Positions 51,291 through 64,000 of a stretch of DNA of 64,000 nucleotides are shown here, in pieces. The position numbers were made by a program, and so were the translations under genes. The first letter of the stretch is position 1, and every line of letters starts with the position of its first letter. Source of the stretch: Eledone cirrhosa (taxonomy: Eukaryota); NCBI GenBank assembly GCA_964016885.1, contig OZ024745.1, positions 104,098,001 to 104,162,000 on the forward strand, written 5' to 3'. The notes below the pieces were generated by a model that made no database searches, had not been told where the DNA came from, and was given only the letters and a program-made list of their open reading frames with translations.

Positions 51291-53021
51291 TTTTGAACTT
51301 TAAAAAAAATTATTCATTGAGTAATTTCAGTTTTTGTCTCACACATGCATGCATGCACATACATGCACATTCACACACATATGTACCAACCATAATAATG
51401 GTTTCTGATTTAGACATAAAGCCAACAATTTTGGGGGAAGAGATGCCGATTAAATCGACCCCAGTGAGTTACCAGTGCTTTATTTTATCAATGTGTTAAC
51501 TTTATGTGAACATTATTTAAAGTGACCAACAGCAAAATATCTCATGCATTGAAGTGGTTAAATAAGTTACAGTTGCCTATCTATTGGAAGTCAAACACAA
51601 ATGTGTGGGTTTCACAACAATTGATCTTGGACTGGCACATGAGTAATTTTTGTACTGTTATGTACAATTGCTGCATTGGATTGTTCAGCTGCTTCCTCTT
51701 TGCACATGTTGCAGTGGGTGTCACTGGCCATTGTCCATGGGAATGCTTTTGCGGTCTTGTCCACTGTGCGCAGCCCAAATACCACCATGCCCTAGGCCTA
51801 GAGCTCATCACCCTTCTCCCTCCTCCTCCCCATTCCCCCTCCGCATTCTTCTATGACCCTAGAGCCCTTGTCTTTCCCTTCCTTTACCATTTTCATAACT
51901 ACTTGCATTTTTTATAATAAATTACTGCATTGAGTTTGATTTGCTACTCAAAGCTATTATGTTATCCAATGTTTCTAGTGAAGTTTAAAGTAAAGAAAGT
52001 TTTGTATAGTCTCATAACTCCTGATGAAGTTGTAGGTGTGCCGTTGTGGGATATGGCGTTTCTTGGACATTTAAAGCCTGGCAGAGTCTATCCCTCTCCA
52101 GATTTGAACACAGAAGATTTCTTCCAGAGAAAGAGAGGAAATGAGAAAGAAATATAGAGGAAGTATTGACCCCAGTACTGATGTGTGTAGCGAATATTGG
52201 TACTTTTTTTTTTATCGACCTTGAAAGGATGAAAGGCAAAGTTGACCTCGGCAGGATTTGAGAGCAGAGAGCTAGAACAGATACCACAAAGCATTCTAGC
52301 TGACGTTTTAAATATAGTTTACCTGCTTCCAAATACATCTATTCTCCAATGGAAGGAATAGGCTGTAATATCAACAATGAAGGTGATAGGACAGGACAAG
52401 AAAAGAAAAAGTTAGAGAAAATAGGCAGACTCTATTCTATACTCCAGGCAAGGCAGTATATTTAAACTATGCTCCATGGACAAAATAGTGAAGGCATTGT
52501 CGCAGAGATCGACCAACGATACCCACTGCATCAGCCACTCCAACTTACAAGGCTCCTTCCTCGGGCAGGATGCACTCCTCCCAATTTTACAGAGATAAAT
52601 AGCAATTTGTGGATACCAGAGGTCTCAATGGTGACCAGCACAACAAGGAAGTGGCCTGTCAAGTTATGGTGTTTATCTATCTTCCTGATGGAATTTGTGG
52701 TTGAATCGATAAGTTAGGCGAGAGAATGCCTTGCAGCATGTGGCATTCCGGATTAAAGATCGGAAATGTTTACGAGTTGTTATTTCCTTTTTCAACCTTA
52801 ATGATTACACACCTTATTGAAAATCAATGATAAATAATAGAAGAAAGAAAAGTACATTGAAAGCAAAATATCACACACACACACATCTATACTCATATAG
52901 AGTCATTGTTTGGTGGTTGATGGCCAGGTGTTGTTATGGAAGCGAAGGTGAGGATAGGGTGGTGGGATAAGGATGGTGAGAAGGGGCTTAGCATTTGAAA
53001 ATATGTCTCAATGTAAATATA

Positions 53022-53320
53022 TATACAAGATACTCACAAGAGGTTTTGAGACTTTCTTCCCAAGCACTTTTAATGGACCTACGTAACTCACTCTAATACA
53101 TCCTTGAAGCTGAAGGAGAAGCTCGGTGGTGTCCACTTTGAAGATGTGAAGGAGATGAAGGACAAGCATCCTGGATACCTTCACTTTAGAGGCCTACAAG
53201 TGGGCCTTCCAGAAGTGGCTGGAGGATCCTACTTTAAGGGAGACTAGACTTTTGTATTAATCTGAGTTAAGTAAATGTTTTCCTGATAAAACTCTCAAAA
53301 CTTCTTCAGTGAACCTCATA
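53022..53320 (+). mobile_element. Internally deleted mariner-like DNA transposon remnant
   Basis: Degenerate terminal inverted repeats (gaggttttgaga / tctcaaaacttc), TA flanks, and a transposase C-terminus-like stretch (LKLK...HFEDVKEMK...AFQKW). Confidence 0.4.
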
Positions 53321-54411
53321 TATATATAGGTAACCCAGTAAAAACCTCCCAGTCCACACTGTAAGTGTGGTTGGTGTTAGGAAGGGCATCCAACAGTAAA
53401 AAACCTGCCAGACAGTCCTATATGAGCGAGATGATCAATCTTGCCTCAAGTGGGACAATTCCCATCTAAACCCATGCTAGTGTGGAAGATAGACCTTAAA
53501 CGACGACGATGATGATGATGATAAATAATATATAATACATGGAGGCACATGGTTTAGTGGTTAGAGCATTGGCCTTGCAATCGAAAGGTTGTGAGTTCAA
53601 TTCTCAGACCGGGTGATGTGTTGTTTCCTTGAGCAAGACACTTTATTTCACATTGCTCCAGTTTACTGTAGAAATGAGATGATAGGGACTGGAGTCCCTA
53701 TCATTCCACTGCAAAGTGCCACGACAAAAAAGCACCCAGCCTACACTGTAAAGTGGTCATGCAGGTGCCACAGAAAAAAAAGCACTCAGCACACTCACTG
53801 TAAATGAGGTTGGTGTTAGGAAGGGCATCCAGCTGTAGAAATCAAGCCAGAATCAGTTCCCGTCCCACCCTTGCAAGCAAGGAAAAGCGGACGTAAAATG
53901 ATGATGATGATGATGATATTACATATGTGTATTATATATATATATATATTATATATATATATGTACTAGCAGAATGGCCCGGCATTGTTCAGGATTTGCT
54001 CTCGGGTTCTTATATATTTGATATATATTTATCCTTATCGAGCCTCGTGAAATAAATACCTTTGTTTATATTTTGTTATTGTGTATGTAAAAATATCTGT
54101 ACACGAATATATAAATATAACAGTACAGAGAAGTACGGAATACCTCGGCCTTGGGATGGTGTCTACATTTTGTGCTTATAAAACAATTTTGTCGTAGATT
54201 ACCAGGGGTTTTTTCCGTGCGAAGAAAATCAATACTTTATCGGGAAATAAATAATTTTGTTTATATTTTGTTATTGTGTATGCAAAAATGATATATATTT
54301 ATCCTTATCGATCCTCATGAAATAAATACTTTAGGATATTAGTATCAGTGTATATATATATTATCAAGAATGACAATAAATGCAGGAGTCAAATAAATTG
54401 ATATAAATAAT

Positions 54412-56360
54412 TGTTACCACATGTTGATGGTCAGTTGGTCACAACTCCCAGACTGGAGTGTGTGGAGAAGAACAGAAATCTTCTCTTGGTAAGGTTCTTC
54501 TTGTTCCTTTGAAGTTCGGGATGCGAGAGAGAGTTATGCCTTGATTGTCCTCAAATATATAGTCCCCAGGGACTCCATTTAGTACATGAATCTGCCAATG
54601 GGAGTCTCGACCGTCGCAAAGGGACGTAACTCCTATACGTGCTGAGTTACGACCGTCGTAAAGGGATTCAACTCCTATACGTGCTGAGTCACAGCCGTAA
54701 GGGGCCGCTACAGTACCCTCCTCCAGACGGTAGGCGAAAAGCCCGAAGGTAACTGTAGCGAACCCACAAGGCTCCCAGCACAGGCATGAAATGGTAACGA
54801 AAATGTACAGGCATGAGATGGTAACGAAAAGGTACATGGTAATACAATAAAAAGAAAAACAAACAAAAAATAAGGCTCCAGTGGCCAGTTCACATGAAAA
54901 CAGTTTGGCAGAGTTTTTTGGGCCAGTGGACTCTTCGACCGGAACGGGTCGTGGTCTTGCATGTAGGTGAAGGTGGGGCAGAAGGAACAGGTGTATGGAA
55001 ATGAGAGAAAGATTGGGGTATTTATGGTTCGGGTCTATGAGCGTCATTGTATGCCCTTTTTAGTCTATCCACCGAAATTGTCTCTCTGGACCCCTTAATG
55101 TCTACAGTGAAATGTTTGTCAGTACGTGATAACACACGGAAGGGTCCAGAGTACGGTTGTGTGAGGGGTGGAGTAATCGCATTGTTTCTGACGAATATAT
55201 GTGTCCACGAGGCAATATCCCTTGGACTGCAGCTTTAATAGTTTATTATTCATGGGCGGTAAGTCCTGAAATTAGGAGCGCAAACGAGATACGTAGGAAA
55301 CAGGGTCCTGGAAAGCAAGATCAACGGGGGCAAGCAATTTCCCAGGCAACGCTAGAGGAGCACCATACAGTAATTCGGCCGGGGAGAACCCAAGGTCCTC
55401 CTTTATTGATTACCAAATTCCTAACAACACAATAGGAAGGTACTCGCTCCAACGTTGAAAGTCTGGATAGGCGCGAAGATTGGAGTGCAGGTTGGTCTGC
55501 AGCTAAACGGCCTAAGTCGATCTCCTGGGATGACGAGATGGAGCTGATTGGCAAGCGTGACAAGGCGTCTGCAGCTATATTATGCGAGCCAGCAATGTTC
55601 TGGATATCATTTGTAAATTGCGAAACGTAATCCAGGTGCCTTGTCTCTCTGGGCGAATATCTGTCGGCTTTAGCCCTCAAAGCGAAGGTCAGAGGTTTGT
55701 GGTCGGTTAAAACAGTAACATTTCTCCCCTCAAGAATATGAGAGAAATGTTTCACCGACAGATATATGGCTAATAATTCCCGCCCAAACGTGCTGTAACG
55801 CGTTTCTGCTGGTTTCAGCTTCCTCGAGAAAAATACGAAAGGTTGTTGGTTTCCAGCGTTGAACTGCTGTAAAACTGCTCCCACAGCGGTATCAGATGCA
55901 TCAACACAAAGCAACAGCTTGGCCTCTGGTACCGGTTGGGCTAGCAAAGATGAACTAGCGAGTGCTGTCTTGGCAGTCTGGAAGTCTTGAAGCTGTCCTT
56001 GTGTCAAGGAAATATCCTCATTCTTCTTACGACGATTTTTCAAAATGTCAGTAAGGGAAGATAGCAAATTAGCACAATGAGGAACGAAACGCCTATAAAA
56101 ATTGATTAGGCCTAAGAAGTGACGCAACTGGTGAAGTGTAGTAGGCGGAGGTAAATCCTGTATGGCTTGAACTCGCTGAAGGAGCGGCCTAATACCTTCG
56201 GCGTCGATGAGGTGGCCTAGAAAATTTAGCGAAGTGGAACCGAAAACACACTTTGCAGGATTCACACAAACGCGGTAATCCTGAAGTCGCCGAAATAAGA
56301 GATGCATGTGGCGCATATGCTCTTCCGGAGAGGAACTAGCGACGAGAATATCGGACAATT
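54412..56360 (-). mobile_element. Ty3/Gypsy remnant: RT C-terminus, RNase H, deleted integrase with GPF motif, probable 3' LTR (~54412-54846)
   Basis: DILVAS, FLGH, FLGLINFYRRF, VDAS..AVGAVL, RELLAI, TDHKPL, ADALSR; PYSGPFRV...ISVDRLK at ~55050-55155. Confidence 0.88.
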
Positions 56361-56361
56361 C

Positions 56362-59300
56362 CAACTGGCCGATAGATATCGACTAGATTTCCCGACTGCA
56401 CCACAGTGAACGTGGGCATACCGCAGCGGGTCATCTAGATCGTATTTAGATAGGTTTTTCATTAGAGAGAAGGACAAGAAGATGTTAAGCTGTCCACAAA
56501 TGCACATGGTTGCCTATTCAGACCACAAACTAGTCATCTGCATAGTCAACCGTGATAGAATACATAGACAAGGACCCGGATACTGGAAGCTGAACGTGTC
56601 ACTACCGACACGTAAAGCCTACAGTGAACGGATAAGTAGATTAGTTAAGCAACAATTGACGGGAGACATCGTCAACAATAGATGGTGGTACTCCCTCAAG
56701 AAAGCAATTAGAGTAGAGTCGATAGACTTTAGTGGAGTGTTAGTCTTAGAGAGAAACAAAACAGAAACAGAACTAGTAGCCAAGGTAGAGGAGGCGCTTA
56801 GGAGTGGAAACGTAGCTAGAGTGCTAGCAACGAGAACGGCATTGGACCAGTTCTTCGACGCGAAACACGAAGGCTGCGGGGTCAGAACTAAATCACGTGC
56901 TCTAGGAAACGAGGGAGCGAAAGCTGTTAGCTGGGCCCGAGTGGCAGAGGCGAAAAGTGGCAACAAGTTCACGATTCGGTCTTTGAAAGACCAAAACGGA
57001 CGCGTGCTACTTGACCCCAAGCGGATGTGCGCGGCCTTTCAGCGTCACTTTGCGCAACTGTTCGGGCAGAGTAGCGGTGCGTCGAACGGGGCAATGGACT
57101 TTTGTTCATACATCGACGGCCTGCCGCGTCTCTCAAGCATAGACGCCGAGTTCTGCGAAAGACCGATCACAGCCACTGAGATACGGGACGCTCTGGGCCG
57201 CTGCGGGAAACGCAAATCACCCGGTCTACATGGTCTACCCTATGAGTTTTACATAGGCATGCCGGACTTGTTCTCTAGCGTCCTCTAACAGAACGGGAGA
57301 ATTCCCAGTTCTGCAGGCAGAGGCGTAGTAACGCTGATCAGGAAAGACGAGAACAAGGGGGACGAACTAAGCAACTTTAGGCCCATAACTCTGCTCAACA
57401 CAGAGTTAAATATTTTGGCCAAGGTGTTGGCAACGAGGTTGGCGCTTATCGTCGAGAACCTGGTAGGGAAAGCGCATACGTGTACAATCTCGACCAGGTC
57501 AATACACGACAACCTCCACCTCATGTGATACATCATAGAGAGGGTGGGGTGTAAACCCGGCTTTGGTGGGGCTCTGATCAATTTAGATCAGTCTAATGGG
57601 TTCGAAAGGGTCGACCATCGATACTTGGAAGCGGTTCTCAAGGCGACCGGTTTCGGACCCGTCTTCAGAGGCTGGATCGCCGCAATGCACACCAACATCT
57701 GCTCGATGGTCAAGGTGAACGGCTACCTATCGGAGACGTTCGTAATCACGCGTTCCATCCGACAGGGATGCCCTCTCTCCTCCATTCTGTACGTACTGAC
57801 TCTAGATCCACTATTGCGGAAGCTGGAGCTGCTGCAGGGCATTCCGTTGGAACTGGTACTGCGGAAAGCGGAACTGGGACGTAACGGTAATGGTGTCGGA
57901 AGTCTCCGAAATCGAGGCGATCGGCAACTTACTGCAGGAATATGAAAGGCTCACAGGAGCAAAACTGAATCTGGACAAGTCTGTCGGTTTGCAACTCGGA
58001 ATGAGGAGAGGCAGACCGATGCCGTTCGACGCTGGATGGACGGACCGGCGAAATTGCTAGGGGTCTGGTTCGGTCCAGACCTCCAGGTGGAAAAAAACTG
58101 GAACGAGGTTACGGCCAAGGTATTTGCGCTCACCCAGAAATGGGCAGAGTGCAAACTATACTTGAAAGGTCGTACGGAGTTGGTGAACACTTTCATAGCG
58201 TCCGTCATCTACTACCGCTTGACCGTCGTGCCCTTTCCCCGTGAACACCTCACCAAGATGGAACGCATGCTCTTCCAGTTCTTTTGGAAGAAGCAGGCTC
58301 CACTGGTGAGGAGATCCGTCTGCTGTCAGCACCCTTCCAACGGAGGGCTGGGAAGGCCGTGGCTGATGATGCGCAAACATGCGCTGGGGCTACGACATCT
58401 ACAGGTATTCCTCACCGACTCCCAACCGGTGTGGGCACCGTTTGTGGAACAGGCCTTCCCGCAACTTGTCTCGCTGACGGAGCTGCTGTCCTGGGTCAAG
58501 CGAAGACCGAAGATTGGCGCCTGGCACATTGAATGCGCTCAGGCGCTCACAGTCCTCTGTCAAGCGGGCACGGCAATCAGTAGAGACTCCACTTCGACAT
58601 TCTATGGAGGGTTAGTACGTCACAAGGGCGACGACGTGCTCGGAGAGATTCTAGGCGTCGAAGACGACGAACTCACCAGTCTGTTTGGTAGGACTTTCCG
58701 CCCGGGACCCATGGACTTCCAGAGGTCCCTGGCCTGGCAGTGCTATCGAGGAGCTCTACCGGTTCGTGACAAGATCTACAGGCACAGACGCCCCGGCAAA
58801 GATCCTTCAAAGAGGATGTGTCCAAGATGCGCGCAGGACATTGAAACCGTCCTGCACGCAATTGTACAATGCCCGGACGTAACCGACTTGTGGAATTACG
58901 CAGAACAACTACTGTCGCGTATGGGACACATCCAGTTGACTGCCGAGTCCATAGTAAGGATCAAACCGCCAACTTCTTTCAAAAACGAAAGAGAGGCGGG
59001 TTTTCCTCTGTATAGTGGCTATGGTAAAAGAGATTATATGGTGGACGAAATTGAGAGGACTGAGGACAGATGCCTTCCTCTCCGGACAACAACTCATTCC
59101 CTTCTTTAGGTACCACTTTAGAAGGAGAATCAGAGTGGAGAGAGAGGAACTGCACCCCAGTAAATTTACTGAAAGGTGGGTGAATGTAGCAAAAATGGCC
59201 CGAGTGATTGGGCCTTCTCTGTATATAAACCTGTCGGTTGAAGAAGGGAGAAAAAGGAAGAAAAGAGCACTTGCACAACACGCTCCTGAAGCTGAGGGTT

Positions 59301-59469
59301 GTTCTATCGACGGGGTATTAAACAACCCATTTGTGGCGCCTCCCCCTATTGGGGATTTCGATTGTTATAATTGTTTGTTTTATATTTTTTTACACGATCG
59401 TATATAAAATCCCCGGTATGTCTTTGTTTTGTCCCATTTTCTTGTGCGCTTTTGTGGCTAATAAAGAAA
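56362..59469 (+). mobile_element. Tx1/L1-clade LINE ORF2 (APE end, RT, zf-RVT), decayed and 5'-truncated
   Basis: YLDRF, SDHK, YWKLN, KSPG..GLP.EFY, NFRPITLLN, IRQGCPLS, GGLG, CPRC...ET..H...C; ends AATAAAGAAAT then (TATC)n. Confidence 0.9.
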
Positions 59470-59507
59470 TATATCTATCTATCTATCTATTTATATATAT
59501 ATATTAG

Positions 59508-59582
<75 letters not shown>

Positions 59583-59586
<4 letters not shown>

Positions 59587-62500
59587 GAAAATAAACCAAA
59601 GAAGCCTTCAATACATCAAAAGTCTTTATTAGCCAACAATGTTTCGTCCTATTAAGGACTCACCAGGACAATTAAAGCTATAAGAAGCACAATCGGCCAA
59701 TACACTATGCTTTAATGTATGTACACTCCATATTCTTCTGAGTTTTTGGCTTGTATTGGCCGATAGTGCTTCTTATAGCTTTAATTGCCCTGATGAGTCC
59801 TTAATAGGACGAAACATTGTTGGCTAATAAAGACTTTTGATGTATTGAAGGCTTCTTTGGTTTATTTTCATAATTCTTCGGCTCTGTTTAATTACATTGA
59901 ACTATACCTTTACTGTCATTTCTATAATACGAAGAGGGTGTTTAACTCCAACACACTCTAGTATTTTAATTCTTGTTACGGCTCCTGATTGGTTGAGCTT
60001 CCTCCTATATACTGGTGTTTTGGCCTTTATATATATCTGACAGTATGCTAACAAAGAGTTACCTGCCTTTATCTCTGAAGAATATTCCCATCCCCTCTAG
60101 AAATACATATGAAAAACTCTTAATTGCTAGTGTTAACTCCTTCGTAAAAAGGATTAGATGGCGTGCTTTCCACTATGATATTAATAGGAATAGGACTGAC
60201 CCCAAGCATAGAACTCCTTTCAATAACTTTGGCTTCAAAACTTATAAGAGCCCACCACATAATGTTCTATTAGATAATTTTGAAAATGACTTACTTTCCC
60301 TTGTTAAAAATATTAAGTATAGGCCATATAATAGACATGGAAATTATAATAAGTTTGACAGGTTGCAGTCTAGACTTAAAAATATTGTTAAGGGTTTTAG
60401 AGCGAATAAGTCTATTCTTGTCCCGGCTGATAAGACTAAGAATCTATACTCTATGGATTACAGTGCTTACCGTAATTTTATTTATAAGGAGCTGCATAGA
60501 AATTATAAAAAGACTACGCAGGATAATTTGAACCATATCAATAGTGAGGGTCTTAAGATAGTCTCGGACCTTGGCCTTGATAAGTATACCCAGCCATATT
60601 ACCCTAGGGAACCGAGATTCACTCTTAAGGATCATAAGGTAGACTTCATTAGTAATCCCTCTGTTAGACCCATCTGTCCTTCTAAGTCTGATATAGCCAT
60701 AATTAGTAAGAAAATCATTGACCTTATTATACCAGCTGTTAGGGAGAAGGTTAATTTTAATCTATGGGGGAACACTAAGGAGGTTATAGATTGGTTCTCT
60801 GGCATTAATAAACTTGAATCTAGTAGGTTTATCCAGTTCGATATTGATGCCTATTACACATCGATTTCACCCATCCTCCTTAATAAAGCCTTAATGTTGG
60901 CATGAGAGTGTCCAGCCTTACACGATCACAGGTAGATATTATACTAGCAGCCCGTAGAACTATCATTAATTTTGAGGATACATTTTGGACCCGTAAAAAC
61001 ACGCCCAACAATTTCGACGTTACAATGGGTTCGAGTGATTCGGCCCAGGTAACTGATCTTGTTGGGCTGTTCCTCCTAAATGAACTATATGTTACCTTTC
61101 CGCACCTTAAAGGCGGACTTTATCGTGACGATGCATTGTTTGTGATTAACTCTAGCACCAACAACATCGAGCATAATAAGAAGAAGCTTTATAAGTTTTT
61201 TAAAAGCTTTAACCTTTCGATCACGGTAGATAGAAACGATAGAGCGGTCAACTTTTTAGATGTGACTTTGGACTTGGTCACTAATAGTTTTTTAAACCCT
61301 TCCATAAGCCTAATGAAATACTCTCTTATGTTAGTCCCAATTCTAACCACCCCAAATCTATGATAAGCTCTATAATTAATGGTGTATCTAATAGGATTTC
61401 CACACTCTCTAAGGACGTAGGAACATTTAATGCACATGCAGAGTACTATAATAATTCCCTAGCTAACTCCAGTTACTCTGGTAAAATACATTATAATAAT
61501 AGTAACCTTAGAAAGTCTCCGCTTACTTATAATAATAATAACATAATATCCCATAATATGGCCATGAATGGGAGTAGAAAGCATAAGAATCGTAGAAATC
61601 ACATAGGTGTATCTGAACCCATCCATAAGTTAAGCCACCGGATTCGTAATAGGGAATCTAATAGTTCTAGGAATCAAGTCGAGCCCTCTGAGCGCTCACT
61701 CAGTGGTAATGCTTTTGCTAAATCTAATAGTGTTGTTTCTACTGATCCTATTATTAGCCCTAATCCTTTTGATATGATTCCAGATAGCTGCAGATATAAT
61801 AATGGTAGAAACAGAAAGAGACTTAATGGAGTTTCGGCTGATTCTAATAATGTGGTTTTAACTAGTCCTTGTAGTAACCCAAATCTTAATAATGGGATAT
61901 TAGATAACGGTAGAGTTGGTAAGGATAAAAATAGAAGGAGACTAAATACTTATTTTAACCCGCCATATAACCAGGAAGTATTAACTAACATCCCTAGGTC
62001 TTTCTTTTCTATCTTAGAGAAAAATTTCCCTCCTACTAATAAATACCATGGTATTTTTAATAAAAATATAATTAAACTTTCATTCTCTACCACCCCTAAT
62101 ATTAGTTCTCATTTAGCTAGCACTAACAATGGGAAAATTAGGGATGGATACTCCTCTCTACGTACTACTAGTCTGAATAGATCCATAAATGCCTTACCAC
62201 CTGAGTAGACCTTATCTCATAGTAACCCTACGTGTGATGCATCACTACTTCAGCCGATCAATAGCACCCGGAAGTGTAATTGTAGAGTGAGTGTTAACTG
62301 CCCTTTAAACGGTAACTGCCTCTCTAAGAACATCGTTTATGCTTGTGTAGTTAAAACTAATTCCTCTAATAGCACATATATAGGCTCAACATCTAACACT
62401 TTTAAGACTAGGTTTAATTCTCATATCTCTAATTTTAAACATGTTAAGTTTAAGAATTCTACTTCTTTAGCACACCATATCTGGGATCTTAAGGGGGCTA

Positions 62501-62726
62501 ATATACCATATAGCCTTAATTGGCGAATAGTAGCACGCTCTAATAACCTATCAACACATACTAAATTTTGTAATCTCTGTATCCTTGAGACCACTCTATA
62601 ATTTTCTCTAGGGAAACCTTACTTAATAGAAAGTCTGAGATATTCTCTTCTTGCCCCCACGCCATTTCAAATTCTTACCTTTATTATAAACCTAAAGGTT
62701 CTGGTAGTGTAAATTGTATCCATTAG
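59583..62726 (+). mobile_element. Second Penelope-like element (different clade), decayed ORF with RT + GIY-YIG, preceded by an inverted HHR repeat (59583-59704 / 59752-59873); the AT-rich 3' UTR probably runs to the window end
   Basis: KNIPIP, PADKT, TLKDHK, QFDIDAYYTSI, MGSSDSAQV, LYRDD, NFLDV, FNPPY, CNC...CPLNGNC, NIVY...YIGST...R; frameshifts or stops at ~60903, ~61300, 62206 and 62599. Confidence 0.9.
59784..59828 (+). ncRNA. Minimal type I hammerhead ribozyme upstream of the PLE ORF (mutated mirror copy 59628-59672, - strand)
   Basis: gcc-CTGATGA-GTCC ttaata GGAC-GAAAC-att-GTT^-ggc; the mirror copy has CTGGTGA. Confidence 0.85.
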
Positions 62727-64000
62727 CTGCTATAGTCCCTTATCTTTTTAGTTTAGGTTCATTTTGTTTACCACCATCATTATTATTATTATTATTGGTT
62801 TTTAACAGCTTTTCAATCTAGCTTTCATAGTCTTTTGGCTACCATACCATATCTATCTTCTTAAATATTATATTTTCACTATTAACACCTTATGAGTTTA
62901 TATCTGATTATATATTTTATTTTATATTATTTTATTTTATTTTATTTGGATTCTTCTTTAGATAATTAACCCACTCCCCCCCCCCCCCCACACACTTGTC
63001 ATTCGCCCCTTCAATCATACTATAATTATATTCAATTCCCTTTTATGCTCCTTTCTATTGTATAATACAGTATATTGATTATGATTTTATGCTCCTTCGT
63101 ATCCTTCATACATTTCTTTTTTCTGTCCCCATTTGCCTACCATAATTCTATTTAAAGTCCGTTTATTAGATAACGTTATTCAACTGATAGTAGAATATTT
63201 CATTCTTTTCTGGATATTTTTATTGAGATATCTTAAACTTTGGAGATTTTGATTACTTAAACCATAGCTAATTTTGTATTGACTTATTATGTATTTTAAA
63301 TACTTTCAATATTAATTAATTTAATAGGGTTTTCTAGTCATTTATCCGGGTTTGTTTCCTAAATTTTTTACTTAACCGCATGTGACACCTAAGTAAATAC
63401 TTTTGTTTTTGTTTTTCGATTTCTGGTTGATTTTATTTATATATTTATACTACCGTGCGTAGTTTTCTGTCTGGTTCTTATTCACTTATTCACAAATGTC
63501 TGTCCACCAACCACGTAATTATGTATATTATACTATGTTCATTATTTGATATTGAAGTTGTTATATCATTCCACTCTTTGTAAACGTACTATTGATCTTA
63601 ATTATTTACCGATTATTAAATGTACCATTATGTTAAATTTTGTAAATTCTGTAATATGTTTATATTTTTATAATTTTTGTAATGTTTGGATAATATTTAT
63701 TTATACCAATTGTATAAATACTTGACCTCCATCTGTTTTCTTGCAATGGTATTGATATTTTTCCAGCACAATTTTTCCAACATAATTTAGTTCTGTATGA
63801 TATTTTTTCTCACCCTGTCTGTAACTCTATATGATTTGTTAAGTTATATGCCAATATATTATAATATTGTTATTATAGTGTTATTGTAACATTTATATTG
63901 TTTGTGCAAATTAACCGGAGATTATCAATTATATAATTATATAGTATATTATATATTATATGTTTACTTTTACTCATTTCTTCTTCATTTTATACTGTAA

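Noticed and set aside
53965-54350. Possible Helitron-like non-autonomous element with an internal direct repeat
   Set aside because: Only the 5' actagc...cccggc motif is suggestive; no clear 3' hairpin/CTAG end.
60903-60905. TGA in the second PLE as a selenocysteine codon
   Set aside because: It coincides with a frameshift; the other stops are TAG/TAA and the element is decayed.

Overview
AT-rich, repeat-dense animal genomic DNA; the SINE and LINE repertoire looks like octopus/cephalopod (inference). The only host gene is the 3' part of DRC3/LRRC48 (dynein regulatory complex subunit 3): five + strand coding exons from 21190 to 49068. One of its introns appears to be a minor-spliceosome (U12) intron with unusual AT-AT ends, and the next is GC-AG. 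The rest is retroelement-derived: R4/Dong, CR1, RTE (with PHD finger), Tx1/L1, a Gypsy remnant, SINEs and microsatellites. The most striking pattern is a set of about nine fold-back (inverted) insertions sitting in (TA)n tracts, most carrying complete or partial type I hammerhead ribozyme (HHR) motifs of the Penelope-like element (PLE) kind. They include an apparently intact ~1114-aa PLE ORF with a 3-kb near-perfect inverted copy, a second decayed PLE with an HHR-bearing inverted 5' repeat, and a non-coding 593-nt retrozyme-like unit whose inversion axis coincides with the predicted ribozyme cleavage site. All family assignments come from motif recognition by eye; no searches were run.
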